DNA of 64,000 nucleotides from Candidatus Heimdallarchaeum aukensis (GTDB lineage: Archaea > Asgardarchaeota > Heimdallarchaeia > Heimdallarchaeales > Heimdallarchaeaceae). The notes beneath the pieces are model-generated. The model was not told where the DNA came from and made no database searches. It worked only from the letters and a program-made list of their open reading frames with translations. Positions 37,663 through 46,913 of the stretch are shown one piece after another; the stretch's first letter is position 1; each line of letters starts with the position of its first letter. Both the position numbers and the translations under genes were made by a program. The stretch lies in contig CP084166.1 of NCBI GenBank assembly GCA_021513695.1, positions 2,272,001 to 2,336,000 of the forward strand, written 5' to 3'.

Positions 37663-38070
37663 ATGAGTAAAAAAAGAGCAACAAGTTACGAACGAAATCT
37701 GGGTGATAGATTTTGGAAGGAGGGATTCGCTGTTATGCGTGCCCCTTCTTCTTCAGGAACCTCTGTTTTTCCTAGGCCTGATCTACTTGTAGGGTCATCA
37801 AAAAAGAAGAAAATCTTTGCTATCGAACTTAAAACAGCAAGACAAGATACTTTTTACGTTACGAAGAAACAAATAAATGGATTAACTAAATTTTCTGAAA
37901 TCTTTGGGGCAATTCCTATTTTAGCTGTTAAATATGTGTCAAAACGTCTTCCTTTTCTTTTTCTTAAAATCCCTGACGATTTGATTGAAAGTCGAGGAGA
38001 GAGCTACGTCATAAATATAGAACATGTTACTAGGGTTGGAAAAAAATTGGAAGAACTAATTAGTGATTAA
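37663..38070 (+). CDS. hjc: Holliday junction resolvase Hjc
   Basis: ERNLGDRFWKEGFAVMRAPSSSGT...PDLLVGSSKKKKIFAIELK (PD-(D/E)xK core) typical of archaeal Hjc. Confidence 0.8.
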   Translation: MSKKRATSYERNLGDRFWKEGFAVMRAPSSSGTSVFPRPDLLVGSSKKKKIFAIELKTARQDTFYVTKKQINGLTKFSEIFGAIPILAVKYVSKRLPFLFLKIPDDLIESRGESYVINIEHVTRVGKKLEELISD

Positions 38071-38179
38071 GTTAGTTTTTCTCTTTTCTTTTTATACTAA
38101 TTTCTTTATTAAAAAACTGACCAACCACTAAATTTAAAACAGTCTTTATGGCGAGGATTTAACCAGAGAAACAGAACGG

Positions 38180-38464
38180 ATGAACACTATGATTACAATA
38201 AAACGAGAAATAAAGTCACCTTTCAGTAATTACGGTTTTGAGAAAACCAGTAGTCAATACCAGGTGATTTTAACTTATTTAGAAACCAATGATGCAGAAA
38301 AGAGAAGAATTGGCTACGCACTTTCTATTCCGAAATTTGATGAATTACCAGATGGGCTTAAAGAAATAGTACGCCAAAAATGGTTTTCCGAACAAAAAAA
38401 AGAAAACTTTGAAAAAGAATTTTGCGCTTTATGTGACAAAGTTTTTCGTTTTCAACCAGAGTAG
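38180..38464 (+). CDS. Hypothetical small protein
   Basis: 94-aa ORF; no motif. Confidence 0.3.
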   Translation: MNTMITIKREIKSPFSNYGFEKTSSQYQVILTYLETNDAEKRRIGYALSIPKFDELPDGLKEIVRQKWFSEQKKENFEKEFCALCDKVFRFQPE

Positions 38465-38502
38465 TTTGTATTCAAAGAACTTATATTTTTCCTCTTAGTT
38501 TT

Positions 38503-39603
38503 TTGATAAGGTGTGAAAAATACTTGAAAATTCTAAGGCAAGATTATCGTCATGGCTATCTTGAACTAATTCCTGAAACCATAGATGATCTCTATGCTAT
38601 CTATCGTATTCTAAAACCAGGAGATAGAGTGCGTGCTTCAACAAAGAGGAGAATACGTAAAGATTCTGAAGATAGCCGAGCAGATTCTGGGGAAAGAGTC
38701 AAATTAGTTTTAGAAATTAAGGTTGAAAACATTTCCTTTGGAGATAACCTTAGTATTAAAGGACCTATTGTCGCGGGAAATGAAAATCTTATTTCCTTAG
38801 GTGAGTACCACACCATTGCTTTAAAAGAAATGGAAAAAGTCATAATTTATAAGGATCACTGGAATACTTCGGAGAAGCAGATAATTAGCGATATAGAAAA
38901 AGAATCTCGATTAGCTAAAATAGTAATTATTACTCTTGATGAAGGAAGCGTGTGTGTTGCTTTAGTTACACAATTCGCGGTAAAAATTGTTGCTGAAATT
39001 GATCATTCTATCACTCGTAAATTTTCTGATGCAAAACAGCATTCTTCTGCTTTAGGAAAGTTTTTCCAAGAGGTTCTTGAGATCATCAAAGAAGTCTATG
39101 AACAACACAATCCTCAAACGATTATTCTCGCTGGACCTGGCTTTACTCCAGAAAATTTTCTAGATTTTGTTAGAAAAAGAGATAATAGTTTAGCTCAAAA
39201 AATTCAATTTGTTCATGCTAATACTGGAGGACGAGTAGGTTTACATGAAGTTTTGTCCCGCAACCTTCCTGAAAAAATAGCTGAAGAACAAAGAGTAGTT
39301 TACGAAACCAGGTTACTTGAAGAATTCTTTAAGCGTGTAGGTAAAGATACTAACACTGTAACATATGGTTATGACAATGTAAAAAAGGCATTAGAAATGG
39401 GTGCTGTAGATACGTTAATGATTTCAGATGATAAATTGCGGATCTATGACGAAAAAGAGCGAGAAAAAGTTGAACAGCTTATAGAGCTTAATAGACAAAT
39501 GGGTGGAAAAACTGTGTTTTTTTCGACACAACATGAGACAGGAGAAAAGTTAAAATCATTGGGCGGTATCGTAGCGCTATTACGTTATTCAGTTGAGATA
39601 TGA
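38503..39603 (+). CDS. pelA: Pelota (Dom34 homologue), mRNA surveillance factor
   Basis: LKILRQDYRHGYLELIPETIDDLYAIYRILKPGDRV N-terminal Pelota signature. eRF1-like domains 2 and 3. Likely TTG start (38503 or 38524). Confidence 0.8.
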   Translation: MIRCEKYLKILRQDYRHGYLELIPETIDDLYAIYRILKPGDRVRASTKRRIRKDSEDSRADSGERVKLVLEIKVENISFGDNLSIKGPIVAGNENLISLGEYHTIALKEMEKVIIYKDHWNTSEKQIISDIEKESRLAKIVIITLDEGSVCVALVTQFAVKIVAEIDHSITRKFSDAKQHSSALGKFFQEVLEIIKEVYEQHNPQTIILAGPGFTPENFLDFVRKRDNSLAQKIQFVHANTGGRVGLHEVLSRNLPEKIAEEQRVVYETRLLEEFFKRVGKDTNTVTYGYDNVKKALEMGAVDTLMISDDKLRIYDEKEREKVEQLIELNRQMGGKTVFFSTQHETGEKLKSLGGIVALLRYSVEI

Positions 39604-40706
39604 CTTTTTTCAAAAAGGGGATCAAGGTAAGTAATAAACCCATTTTCCATAGGATATTGTTCAATTATAGCTATTTGGGATATCTTATCCTCAAATTTAT
39701 TTTTTAGAATTTCAGCTGTCTCTTTTATTATTAGTGAACTAGTGTAAATTGCCTTTTTTTCTATTTCAGCACTGAGCATGTCTTCAGAAACATATAACTC
39801 ATTTTTCATGTATTCCAATATATCTTTAATATCCTCTTTTTTATCTACAATTATTCTTCCTCTGACAATTAATCCTTCTTTTGTTATCCAGTCATGCTTT
39901 TTAGCATAGTTCTTTGCTCGTCGAATAAATCTATTACGCAGTTGTATTCTGTCTTTATACACTGAAGAGCAAAAATGTAAAGTGATGTTACTCTTTCTAA
40001 ATTTTTTTAATATCTTCAAAGCTAGTTCCTTACTTCCTTTTACTGCAGATTGTGTGTTAGAAACTGGTCTAAAATCCTTTTTCCTTAAGTTCTTGAAATT
40101 TGTTTCAGCAAATTCGAACTCATTTAAATTTACAAAATCTAACTTATTTTTAATTGCAAATTCTACAATATGTTCTATTTCTAATTTCTTTCCCGGTATA
40201 GCTGGTATCTCTATACCTACTTTCCAATTGTGTTTTGCAGCTTCTTTAATCGATTTTTCTATCTCTTCGCTTTTTTTTAATTGAGGAAAATGAAAACGAA
40301 TCTCATCTAGTCCTACACTATAAAGCATTTCCAGTTCTTCATTAGGTATGGCTCTTGCTGTGTAGAGGTGTATATGAAATTCTTTTCCAAATTCTTCTTT
40401 CAATCTCTGAATATAATTTAAAGTCCTTTCAATTTTGAGTGTTGGTTCTCCCCCAGTAATACTCGCTCCTAAAGCATTGATTTGTTTTGCTTCATCTATT
40501 GCTTCCTCCACTGCATCAATTTTTTGCTCATTAGCAAAAATTACGTCTGCTTTTCTTTGTGTACTGACAGGACAATAGTAGCAATTGAAAGGGCATTTAC
40601 CTGTAATAAAAATCACTAATTTAGAACCTAATGCGCATAGTTGACAACCTAAAGGGGGCTTACCCACTATTTTATTCTTTTTTGACCATGTTCGGACTTT
40701 TAACAT
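39585..40706 (-). CDS. Radical SAM protein (PFL-activating-enzyme-related, COG2108-like)
   Basis: CQLCALG..GKCPFNCYYCPV cluster motif; ITGGEP. Confidence 0.6.
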   Translation of the reverse strand: MLKVRTWSKKNKIVGKPPLGCQLCALGSKLVIFITGKCPFNCYYCPVSTQRKADVIFANEQKIDAVEEAIDEAKQINALGASITGGEPTLKIERTLNYIQRLKEEFGKEFHIHLYTARAIPNEELEMLYSVGLDEIRFHFPQLKKSEEIEKSIKEAAKHNWKVGIEIPAIPGKKLEIEHIVEFAIKNKLDFVNLNEFEFAETNFKNLRKKDFRPVSNTQSAVKGSKELALKILKKFRKSNITLHFCSSVYKDRIQLRNRFIRRAKNYAKKHDWITKEGLIVRGRIIVDKKEDIKDILEYMKNELYVSEDMLSAEIEKKAIYTSSLIIKETAEILKNKFEDKISQIAIIEQYPMENGFITYLDPLFEKSHISTE

Positions 40707-40771
40707 CTGTTAAATAACAAACTTGGACAATATTATAAAGTATAGGATTTGTTTCTTCCAAAAAAGACTTA

Positions 40772-41743
40772 TTGGTATCCTCCTTTTTTTCCTTAATGAA
40801 ATGTACATTTTGCGGGACTGATGAAGTTGTCTACGTTCGTCCATATGATAAAATTGCCTTGTGCAAAGAACATTTCAACGAGCAGTTTGAAAGGAGAGTT
40901 AAGCGAACAATTAATCGTTATAAAATGTTTCAACGAAAAGACAAAATTGCAGTAGGAGTTTCTGGAGGAAAAGATAGTATAGCACTTCTTGATACACTTG
41001 TAAAAATCGAAAAGAATTTTCCCGAAAGTGAAATTATTGCTATAACAATAGATGAAGGTATTGAAGGATACAGAGAAGAAGGTTTGTATTACGCTAAAAA
41101 ACACGCAAAAAGGCTTAACGTTGAACACCATATCTTTTCTTTTGAAGAAGATTTTGGTTATTCTTTAGATGAAATTATAGCCATTTTAGGAGAGAGAGGA
41201 GGAAAAAACCGCGCTTATGGAGCTTGTTCATATTGTGGAATTTTACGAAGAAAAATACTTAATGCCGCAGCTAAAACAGTTGGGGCAAATGTAGTCGCAA
41301 CTGGACACAACCTTGAAGATGAAGCTGAAACAGTTCTTTTGAATATAATACGAGGAGATGTCAATCGTTTAAGCAGACAAAGTCCTTTCCCTAAGAAAGT
41401 TCACAAGGATTTAGTTCCAAGAGTGAAACCCTTTAGACTTACTCCTCAAGCAGAAATTGTAATGTATATGATTGTTAATGAATTAGAATATCAGGAAGTT
41501 GCATGCCCATATGCAGTTGAGGCATATAGAGGAAATGTTCGTGATTTTATATTTGAATCACAAAATTCACAACCCATGCTTTCGTTCAATATTGTGAAAG
41601 CTCAAGATAAACTAGTTCCATACTTAACAAGAAATAGAGATGAAACTAAAGCAAAAATTAAAAGTTGTAAAATGTGCGGTGATCCTTCTGCTAGTGAAAT
41701 ATGCAAGGCATGTAGCCTGAAAGAACAATTGTCTAATCTTTGA
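40772..41743 (+). CDS. ncsA: tRNA thiolation PP-loop ATPase NcsA/TtuA (Ncs6/Ctu1 homologue)
   Basis: N-terminal zinc finger CTFCG...CKEHF. PP-loop GVSGGKDS. GH motif. C-terminal zinc finger CKMCGDPSASEICKAC. Confidence 0.8.
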   Translation: MVSSFFSLMKCTFCGTDEVVYVRPYDKIALCKEHFNEQFERRVKRTINRYKMFQRKDKIAVGVSGGKDSIALLDTLVKIEKNFPESEIIAITIDEGIEGYREEGLYYAKKHAKRLNVEHHIFSFEEDFGYSLDEIIAILGERGGKNRAYGACSYCGILRRKILNAAAKTVGANVVATGHNLEDEAETVLLNIIRGDVNRLSRQSPFPKKVHKDLVPRVKPFRLTPQAEIVMYMIVNELEYQEVACPYAVEAYRGNVRDFIFESQNSQPMLSFNIVKAQDKLVPYLTRNRDETKAKIKSCKMCGDPSASEICKACSLKEQLSNL

Positions 41744-41762
41744 GAAAAAAATAGAAAAGAAG

Positions 41763-42404
41763 TTATCCTAAAGGAGCTCCGCAATTTGCACAAAAACTGT
41801 AAGAAGATTTTTGTTTTGCTCCACAATTGTCACAATAGACGAAACTTTCTGTTTTTTTAACAGTCTTTGAGGTGTAGGGTTGTGCATAAGCTGAAGAACT
41901 TGTGGGCGCGCTTGATACTCCAGTTTTTGCAGCTCCACCGTAAGGCTGGTATCCAGTGCTTTCATAATTCGCTGCTCTTATTACAGAACGAATAATTGAG
42001 CCTGCAATTATAAATATGAAAATAAATACAATAATTGGTACTATAAATGAAGTTTCATAAGATGTCGCAAGTGTGGATACAATTATTATTATGAAAATAA
42101 ACGCAATGAACATAAATATAGGCAAAAAGCAGAATCCACTGAAATAATGTCCGTGTCTATAGTGTCTTCGTCTATAATAGGGATAGATACCCCAACCTGC
42201 TCTGTGGTAGTGACGACTACTTGTATGTCTTCGTGTACTTCCAGCTCTTATTAATGAACCACTGGAGCGATGAAATGATCCTCCTCCTCTTGTTATTGAT
42301 CTTCCAAATGAAGAAGAACCTATTCGACTAAACGATCTACCACCAAAGCTTCTAGCTCCGCTGAAGCCTCCACCTGTTCTTGATATTCTTGGCATAACTA
42401 CCAC
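41763..42404 (-). CDS. Membrane protein with an N-terminal Gly/Ser/Arg-rich low-complexity region, two TM helices and a C-terminal zinc ribbon
   Basis: RGG/RSF-like N-terminus (GGGFSGARSFGGRSFSR...). Hydrophobic FCFLPIFMFIAFIFIIIIV and IVPIIVFIFIFIIAGSII. C-terminal CDNCGAKQ...CANCGAPL. Confidence 0.5.
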   Translation of the reverse strand: MVVMPRISRTGGGFSGARSFGGRSFSRIGSSSFGRSITRGGGSFHRSSGSLIRAGSTRRHTSSRHYHRAGWGIYPYYRRRHYRHGHYFSGFCFLPIFMFIAFIFIIIIVSTLATSYETSFIVPIIVFIFIFIIAGSIIRSVIRAANYESTGYQPYGGAAKTGVSSAPTSSSAYAQPYTSKTVKKTESFVYCDNCGAKQKSSYSFCANCGAPLG

Positions 42405-42505
42405 GATACTATTTTTTTTGGAAGAATATAAAGTCTTCTAAATAGATTGACAAAAATGATAATTATAAAAGAATATTTAATATGGTAGAAAACAAAATCA
42501 TAATG

Positions 42506-42513
42506 TTTAAAAT
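42506..42513 (+). promoter_or_regulatory. TATA-like box (tttaaaat), ~25-30 nt upstream of the SRP RNA
   Basis: Position and sequence fit an archaeal promoter. Confidence 0.35.
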
Positions 42514-42537
42514 CTCTTTACTTTTTCTAACATAAGA

Positions 42538-42880
42538 AGATGCTGAGCTGATAGCAACAGCTAAAGTGGGAAGCTAGGGCTCTCCTGTAACCGGAAACGC
42601 TCTATATGCCGGGCTGAAAACTGCTGCTGAGGGCTCGTCGAGGAAGATACGCTCTGTCTGGAAAGCGTCGAAGCATCGCCCCATGAGATTGTGCACACCC
42701 GAGGCGCCTTTGGAGGAAGGTGTTAGAAGGGTTGAGATCAAAAAGGGTCAGGCACGGAAGTGAGCAGCCCTAAGATCGATGCATGATGCCCATGGCAAGC
42801 GGTGTGGAGCTTAAGGGCAGTAAAACGGCTTCCAAAACGGGTTCGAACAGCAGGCTGCTAAGATTAGTTCAGCAGTCTTG
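42538..42880 (+). ncRNA. ffs: Signal recognition particle RNA (7S/SRP RNA). Boundaries approximate.
   Basis: A GC-rich (~55%) island in AT-rich DNA. Domain IV/helix 8 motif GGUCAGGcaCGGAAGugAGCAGCC. Alu-domain-like CCUGUAACCGGAAAC. Ends in an oligo-T tract at 42881-42889. Confidence 0.65.
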
Positions 42881-42977
42881 TATTTTTTATTTAAGGAAAG
42901 AGTAAAATTAATTCTTTCTACAGCAACCAAAAAGTTATTTTATTAATATACCTTAACCTATCAAAGAAGAAAATAAG

Positions 42978-44132
42978 ATGGTCGTTATGAGTGGATATAG
43001 CCCTACTTGGACTTCAAAAGGCTCTGACAAATTAAGGATCCTTCAAGTCACAAAGATACTAATGAATATAATAGATAGATTGATCAATTCGATTGACGTA
43101 ACTGATGAAAAAACAAGAAATATGGTTGAAGGAATAATAGCGAACACAATTTATAATTATTTTACACCAAACAAAGATTTAGCGATCGAAAAACAGTATG
43201 AATATCTACTAGAATTCTTAGGTTGGAAATTAATTTCTATCGAAAAAAAAGATGATGATTCACTCTCATTAAGTTTAGGTGCAAATCGTTTTATTGATGA
43301 AGAAACAGATAATTTAGCATATAACGCAATTGTTTTAGGCATTGCAAAATCTATTGGATATTTCATTTTCAATAAAGATGTTAAAGTAGAATTGATGGTA
43401 AGTCAGTTTGATTCGACTCAAATAACTGCTCTAATTGAGCGAACTGATAAAGAAATAGCTGTTGAAACTCAAGAAAAGTTAGGTATTCAAATCTCAAAAG
43501 AAGAAGGAGAATTAGGAATCGAACAGAAACAAGCTCCAGCTACCAAAAAAACTCCTGCAATTGAAGTTAAGCCTGAATTAGAATTAGATGTTAAATCTAT
43601 ATTTTCTCCTATTCTTCAGAATTATCCACCCACATCAATTTTGCCTGTATTTCATAAAGTTTTATCTGAAATTGTTACAAGCTTCTTTTCAGAGATTGAA
43701 GACAGTCAAGTAATTAATGCAAAGGCATCGTATTCCGAAATAAACACCGTTTTCTTAATAGAATTTATACTTAGAACCTTACCAACTATTGGAAAAGATG
43801 TGAGTGAGATTGCTACTCTCGCAGGGCAATATCTAATTAAAGCTATACTTACAAAAACACCTGATGATATCATAAAATATTTACCAAAAGAACTTCTTTC
43901 TGAAATCTCTAGACGTGTATCTTATGTTGAATTTGGTGCGCGAGATTATTGTTCTTATGCTCCAGGAGAACGATGTGTTGAAGGGAAAAGAGATTTATGC
44001 GACTTTGTTCTATTTCTTTGGCAAGGAATGTTAGATTCTCTCATTCCTGAAAAAAAATTCAAACTTGGAGAACGCATTCCGGCAACAAGAAGAGGAAAAT
44101 TCTGTTTGGTGGAATTTATAAAACAACAGTAG
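42978..44132 (+). CDS. Hypothetical protein with possible tandem V4R (TRAPP Bet3-like) domains
   Basis: Two internally similar halves with a G..LG..A/K.IG pattern. A C-terminal Cys triad (CSYAPGERCVEGKRDLC) reminiscent of V4R domains. Low confidence. Confidence 0.35.
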   Translation: MVVMSGYSPTWTSKGSDKLRILQVTKILMNIIDRLINSIDVTDEKTRNMVEGIIANTIYNYFTPNKDLAIEKQYEYLLEFLGWKLISIEKKDDDSLSLSLGANRFIDEETDNLAYNAIVLGIAKSIGYFIFNKDVKVELMVSQFDSTQITALIERTDKEIAVETQEKLGIQISKEEGELGIEQKQAPATKKTPAIEVKPELELDVKSIFSPILQNYPPTSILPVFHKVLSEIVTSFFSEIEDSQVINAKASYSEINTVFLIEFILRTLPTIGKDVSEIATLAGQYLIKAILTKTPDDIIKYLPKELLSEISRRVSYVEFGARDYCSYAPGERCVEGKRDLCDFVLFLWQGMLDSLIPEKKFKLGERIPATRRGKFCLVEFIKQQ

Positions 44133-44142
44133 GTGTGAAAAA

Positions 44143-44604
44143 ATGGGTAGAAAAACAATAAAAAAAACATATAAGGATACATATGCAAGAGGACAAGTTG
44201 ATAAAAGTGAATTTCAAGGTAGATATTTTGTTAAAATAGAGCTTGTATCTCTGAAGGTACTGGAAGATAAAGATTTACTTGGAAATGAAAGTGAATTTTA
44301 TTTTAAAGTGGGAAGAATGTTACACAAGCATCGAATTCCTCAGAAAGGTACTATTAATTTAGAGAAAAATGAGGTTTTTCAGCCAACAGATGGGTTGACT
44401 TTATATACACAATTTATTCATAAACCTGAAAGGGGAACAATTGTGGTTCCTTTTCGTCTACGCGAAAGAGATCCATTGAAGGTGGATGACCACATTATTA
44501 AAACTAAGTTATCTATTCCTCTAGGATCTTCTGATTATATAGTTCTGGTAGAAAAATCTGTAAAAGTAAAACTAAAAATTTCAGCTTTGGAAACTCGATA
44601 CTAA
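44143..44604 (+). CDS. Hypothetical protein, co-oriented with the V4R-like gene
   Basis: 153-aa ORF with an SD-like GGTG...AAAAATGGG context; beta-rich. Confidence 0.4.
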   Translation: MGRKTIKKTYKDTYARGQVDKSEFQGRYFVKIELVSLKVLEDKDLLGNESEFYFKVGRMLHKHRIPQKGTINLEKNEVFQPTDGLTLYTQFIHKPERGTIVVPFRLRERDPLKVDDHIIKTKLSIPLGSSDYIVLVEKSVKVKLKISALETRY

Positions 44605-44616
44605 AATAACAAATTC

Positions 44617-45828
44617 TTACCATTTATTTTTTTTAAAAATAAATTTCAACCCTGTTTTCATGAAGAAAGGCCAAAGTTCTAATTTTGTTAATAACTTCCA
44701 AACTATGGCCTGTTGATTATCTACATCTCCTTTAGATGTAAATATTTGTTTATACTTTGGTTTATTGAATATTTTTAGTAGATTATCGATGTCTTTGTCA
44801 TCTAAAGAATCTAAATATTGTCTAACAAGCTTCATTATGAAAAGATTTCTAGCAAATTCCTTTTTCCACCTTTTTTCATACTGCTTTAGGAATGATTTTT
44901 TATAATTTTCTTCGATTATTGCTTTTGCAGCTATCTCTCCCGCAATTCTGGCTGCTATACCCCCTAAAATTACACCGCCCCCTGTCGTAGGTTTCGTCTG
45001 TCCTGCTGCATCTCCAACAACTAAGATATTATCAGTATAGCTTCTGTTAATATAAGATCCTAATGGTATCGCTCCACTCATTTCTCTCAAAATTTTTGCA
45101 GAATAAAATCTCTCCTTCAATAGTTCGCTATTTATAAAATTTCTCAAATATTTTTTTGCTGGTCGATATCTAGTTCCTATTCCTACCTTTGCCACACTAT
45201 TGTCTATTGGAATAATCCACCCAAAGAAACCTGGGGCATATTTTGATATCTGATATAACTCCACATATCTTTTATCTAAATTTTCTATACCATCAATTAT
45301 AAATTGCGAAGCAAAGATTATCTCATCAGGATTAGATAATCCGACTTGAGAATTAAGTTTAGGAAATCTTCCTTCTGCTAGAATCGAAACTTTAGTTGTT
45401 ATTCTACTCTCTTTAGCTTGTTTTCCTAACACTAATTCAATATTTTCTGATTTTCTGTGTATATTTTTAACCCTTGAATTTGTTCTTATTTCTATTCCAT
45501 TATCATGTGCAATTGATGCCAAATATCTGTTAAACTTACTTCTATCTACTACAAGTGCATGATTTGAATTTTTTTCAACTACTAACTCTGTTCCATTAGC
45601 AGAAAATATTTTGGCTCCTATTATTTCCTTGTTTTGAATAATTTCTGATGGTAATTTGTTGAGACCTATTTTTTCTAACCCTTCTATACTTAGTAATCCT
45701 GCACAGTGTTCAGTAATTCCTATTTCTTTTTTGGATTCAAGTACTAGAACATCTACATCATATTTACTCGCTTCAATTGCAGATAGTAGTCCAGCTGGTC
45801 CTCCACCAATAACAACGATTTTTTTCAT
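44617..45828 (-). CDS. Geranylgeranyl reductase family FAD-dependent oxidoreductase (digeranylgeranylglycerophospholipid reductase)
   Basis: N-terminal dinucleotide-binding VVIGGGPAGLLSAIEAS and GGR-family length/architecture. Confidence 0.8.
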   Translation of the reverse strand: MKKIVVIGGGPAGLLSAIEASKYDVDVLVLESKKEIGITEHCAGLLSIEGLEKIGLNKLPSEIIQNKEIIGAKIFSANGTELVVEKNSNHALVVDRSKFNRYLASIAHDNGIEIRTNSRVKNIHRKSENIELVLGKQAKESRITTKVSILAEGRFPKLNSQVGLSNPDEIIFASQFIIDGIENLDKRYVELYQISKYAPGFFGWIIPIDNSVAKVGIGTRYRPAKKYLRNFINSELLKERFYSAKILREMSGAIPLGSYINRSYTDNILVVGDAAGQTKPTTGGGVILGGIAARIAGEIAAKAIIEENYKKSFLKQYEKRWKKEFARNLFIMKLVRQYLDSLDDKDIDNLLKIFNKPKYKQIFTSKGDVDNQQAIVWKLLTKLELWPFFMKTGLKFIFKKNKW

Positions 45829-45881
45829 TAAGAATGAAGAAAACTAACTATTCAAAAATAATGTTGTCCTATTATAAAAAA

Positions 45882-46805
45882 TTAAAAAGCTAGTTCTAAC
45901 TCATCTACAGCTTTTATTTCATTTTGTTTAATGATGTGCTTTTCCCATGTTTCTGTGTCGATAGCCAACTTTAGAACTTCCTCGAATTCTATTCTTTTGT
46001 TATAGTCTTGAAATATCTCAATAGCTTTGTTTTCATTTTCTTTAATCCACTCGTTAGAAAAATTAGATAGAAATTCAGTAAATATCTGGTAAGCTTTTAT
46101 TTTTTCTTTATTTGTTGTTAAAACGATTGTAAACGCTTTTTCTATTTTTCTAATGAGGACTATGATGTGCTCTGATTCTATTTCAGTTAAATCTCCTAGA
46201 CCATATTGCTGACTCATGTTCAGTATTGCAGAAATAAAAGCGACTAATAAAACAGCATCATAAGGTAAAGATTGGGTAATTAGCAGATACAAAGGTTGTC
46301 CATCTTCATTTGCAATCAATATGTCTAAATCCTTTAGAACCAAGCCAAACGATGTAAATATTTTTTCGTTACCAACTTTTATTTTTTCAATATTTGTTCT
46401 TTTGTTTACAACTAAATTTAGTGATCTCGCAAAATTACTCACTTGCTTTCTCTCATATTCTATAGTCTTTTTATCTTCCATTATGTCATTTATAGAACTA
46501 CTTTTGACCCATGCAAATTGTTGACGAAAGATTTTTACTACTTTTTTGACTACTGTTGAATAATAATCCTTTTTCTTGACGATAACTAAAAAATAATCAT
46601 TTACTGCTTCATAAATAACTTCATTTTCTCCAAAAATGACTTTTTTTGGTATTTTTTCTCCTAATTCTGTAGTAAGTGTTGTCACAGCACTTATGAAACT
46701 TATAAGGGACGCTTTGATTTCCCTGTTAGACCAGGTTCCATGATAGATTCTGTAAAACCTACATGAACCGTTTCTTTTTAGTATCAAAATGGCCTTGATT
46801 AACAC
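45882..46805 (-). CDS. Hypothetical protein; two roadblock/longin-like domains suspected
   Basis: Two ~110-aa segments (MLIKAILILKRNGSCRFYRIY... and IFTSFGLVLKDLDILIANEDGQPLYLLI...) with a beta-beta-alpha-beta-beta-like hydrophobic periodicity. Confidence 0.35.
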   Translation of the reverse strand: MLIKAILILKRNGSCRFYRIYHGTWSNREIKASLISFISAVTTLTTELGEKIPKKVIFGENEVIYEAVNDYFLVIVKKKDYYSTVVKKVVKIFRQQFAWVKSSSINDIMEDKKTIEYERKQVSNFARSLNLVVNKRTNIEKIKVGNEKIFTSFGLVLKDLDILIANEDGQPLYLLITQSLPYDAVLLVAFISAILNMSQQYGLGDLTEIESEHIIVLIRKIEKAFTIVLTTNKEKIKAYQIFTEFLSNFSNEWIKENENKAIEIFQDYNKRIEFEEVLKLAIDTETWEKHIIKQNEIKAVDELELAF

Positions 46806-46913
46806 TGTTTTTCACTTTGTTTTATTTTCTTTATTTATCACTTTTTTTATAGTCTCAGTTTTTATGTGCGCAGTTTAAAAAAGTATAAATTGGTTTTTTC
46901 TAATTATAACTAA

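Noticed and set aside
42538-42880. GC-rich RNA considered as RNase P RNA
   Set aside because: It contains the SRP RNA domain IV motif GGUCAGG...GGAAG...AGCAGCC and an Alu-like CCUGUAACCGGAAAC. No P4 or CR-I/CR-V RNase P motifs. Called SRP RNA instead.
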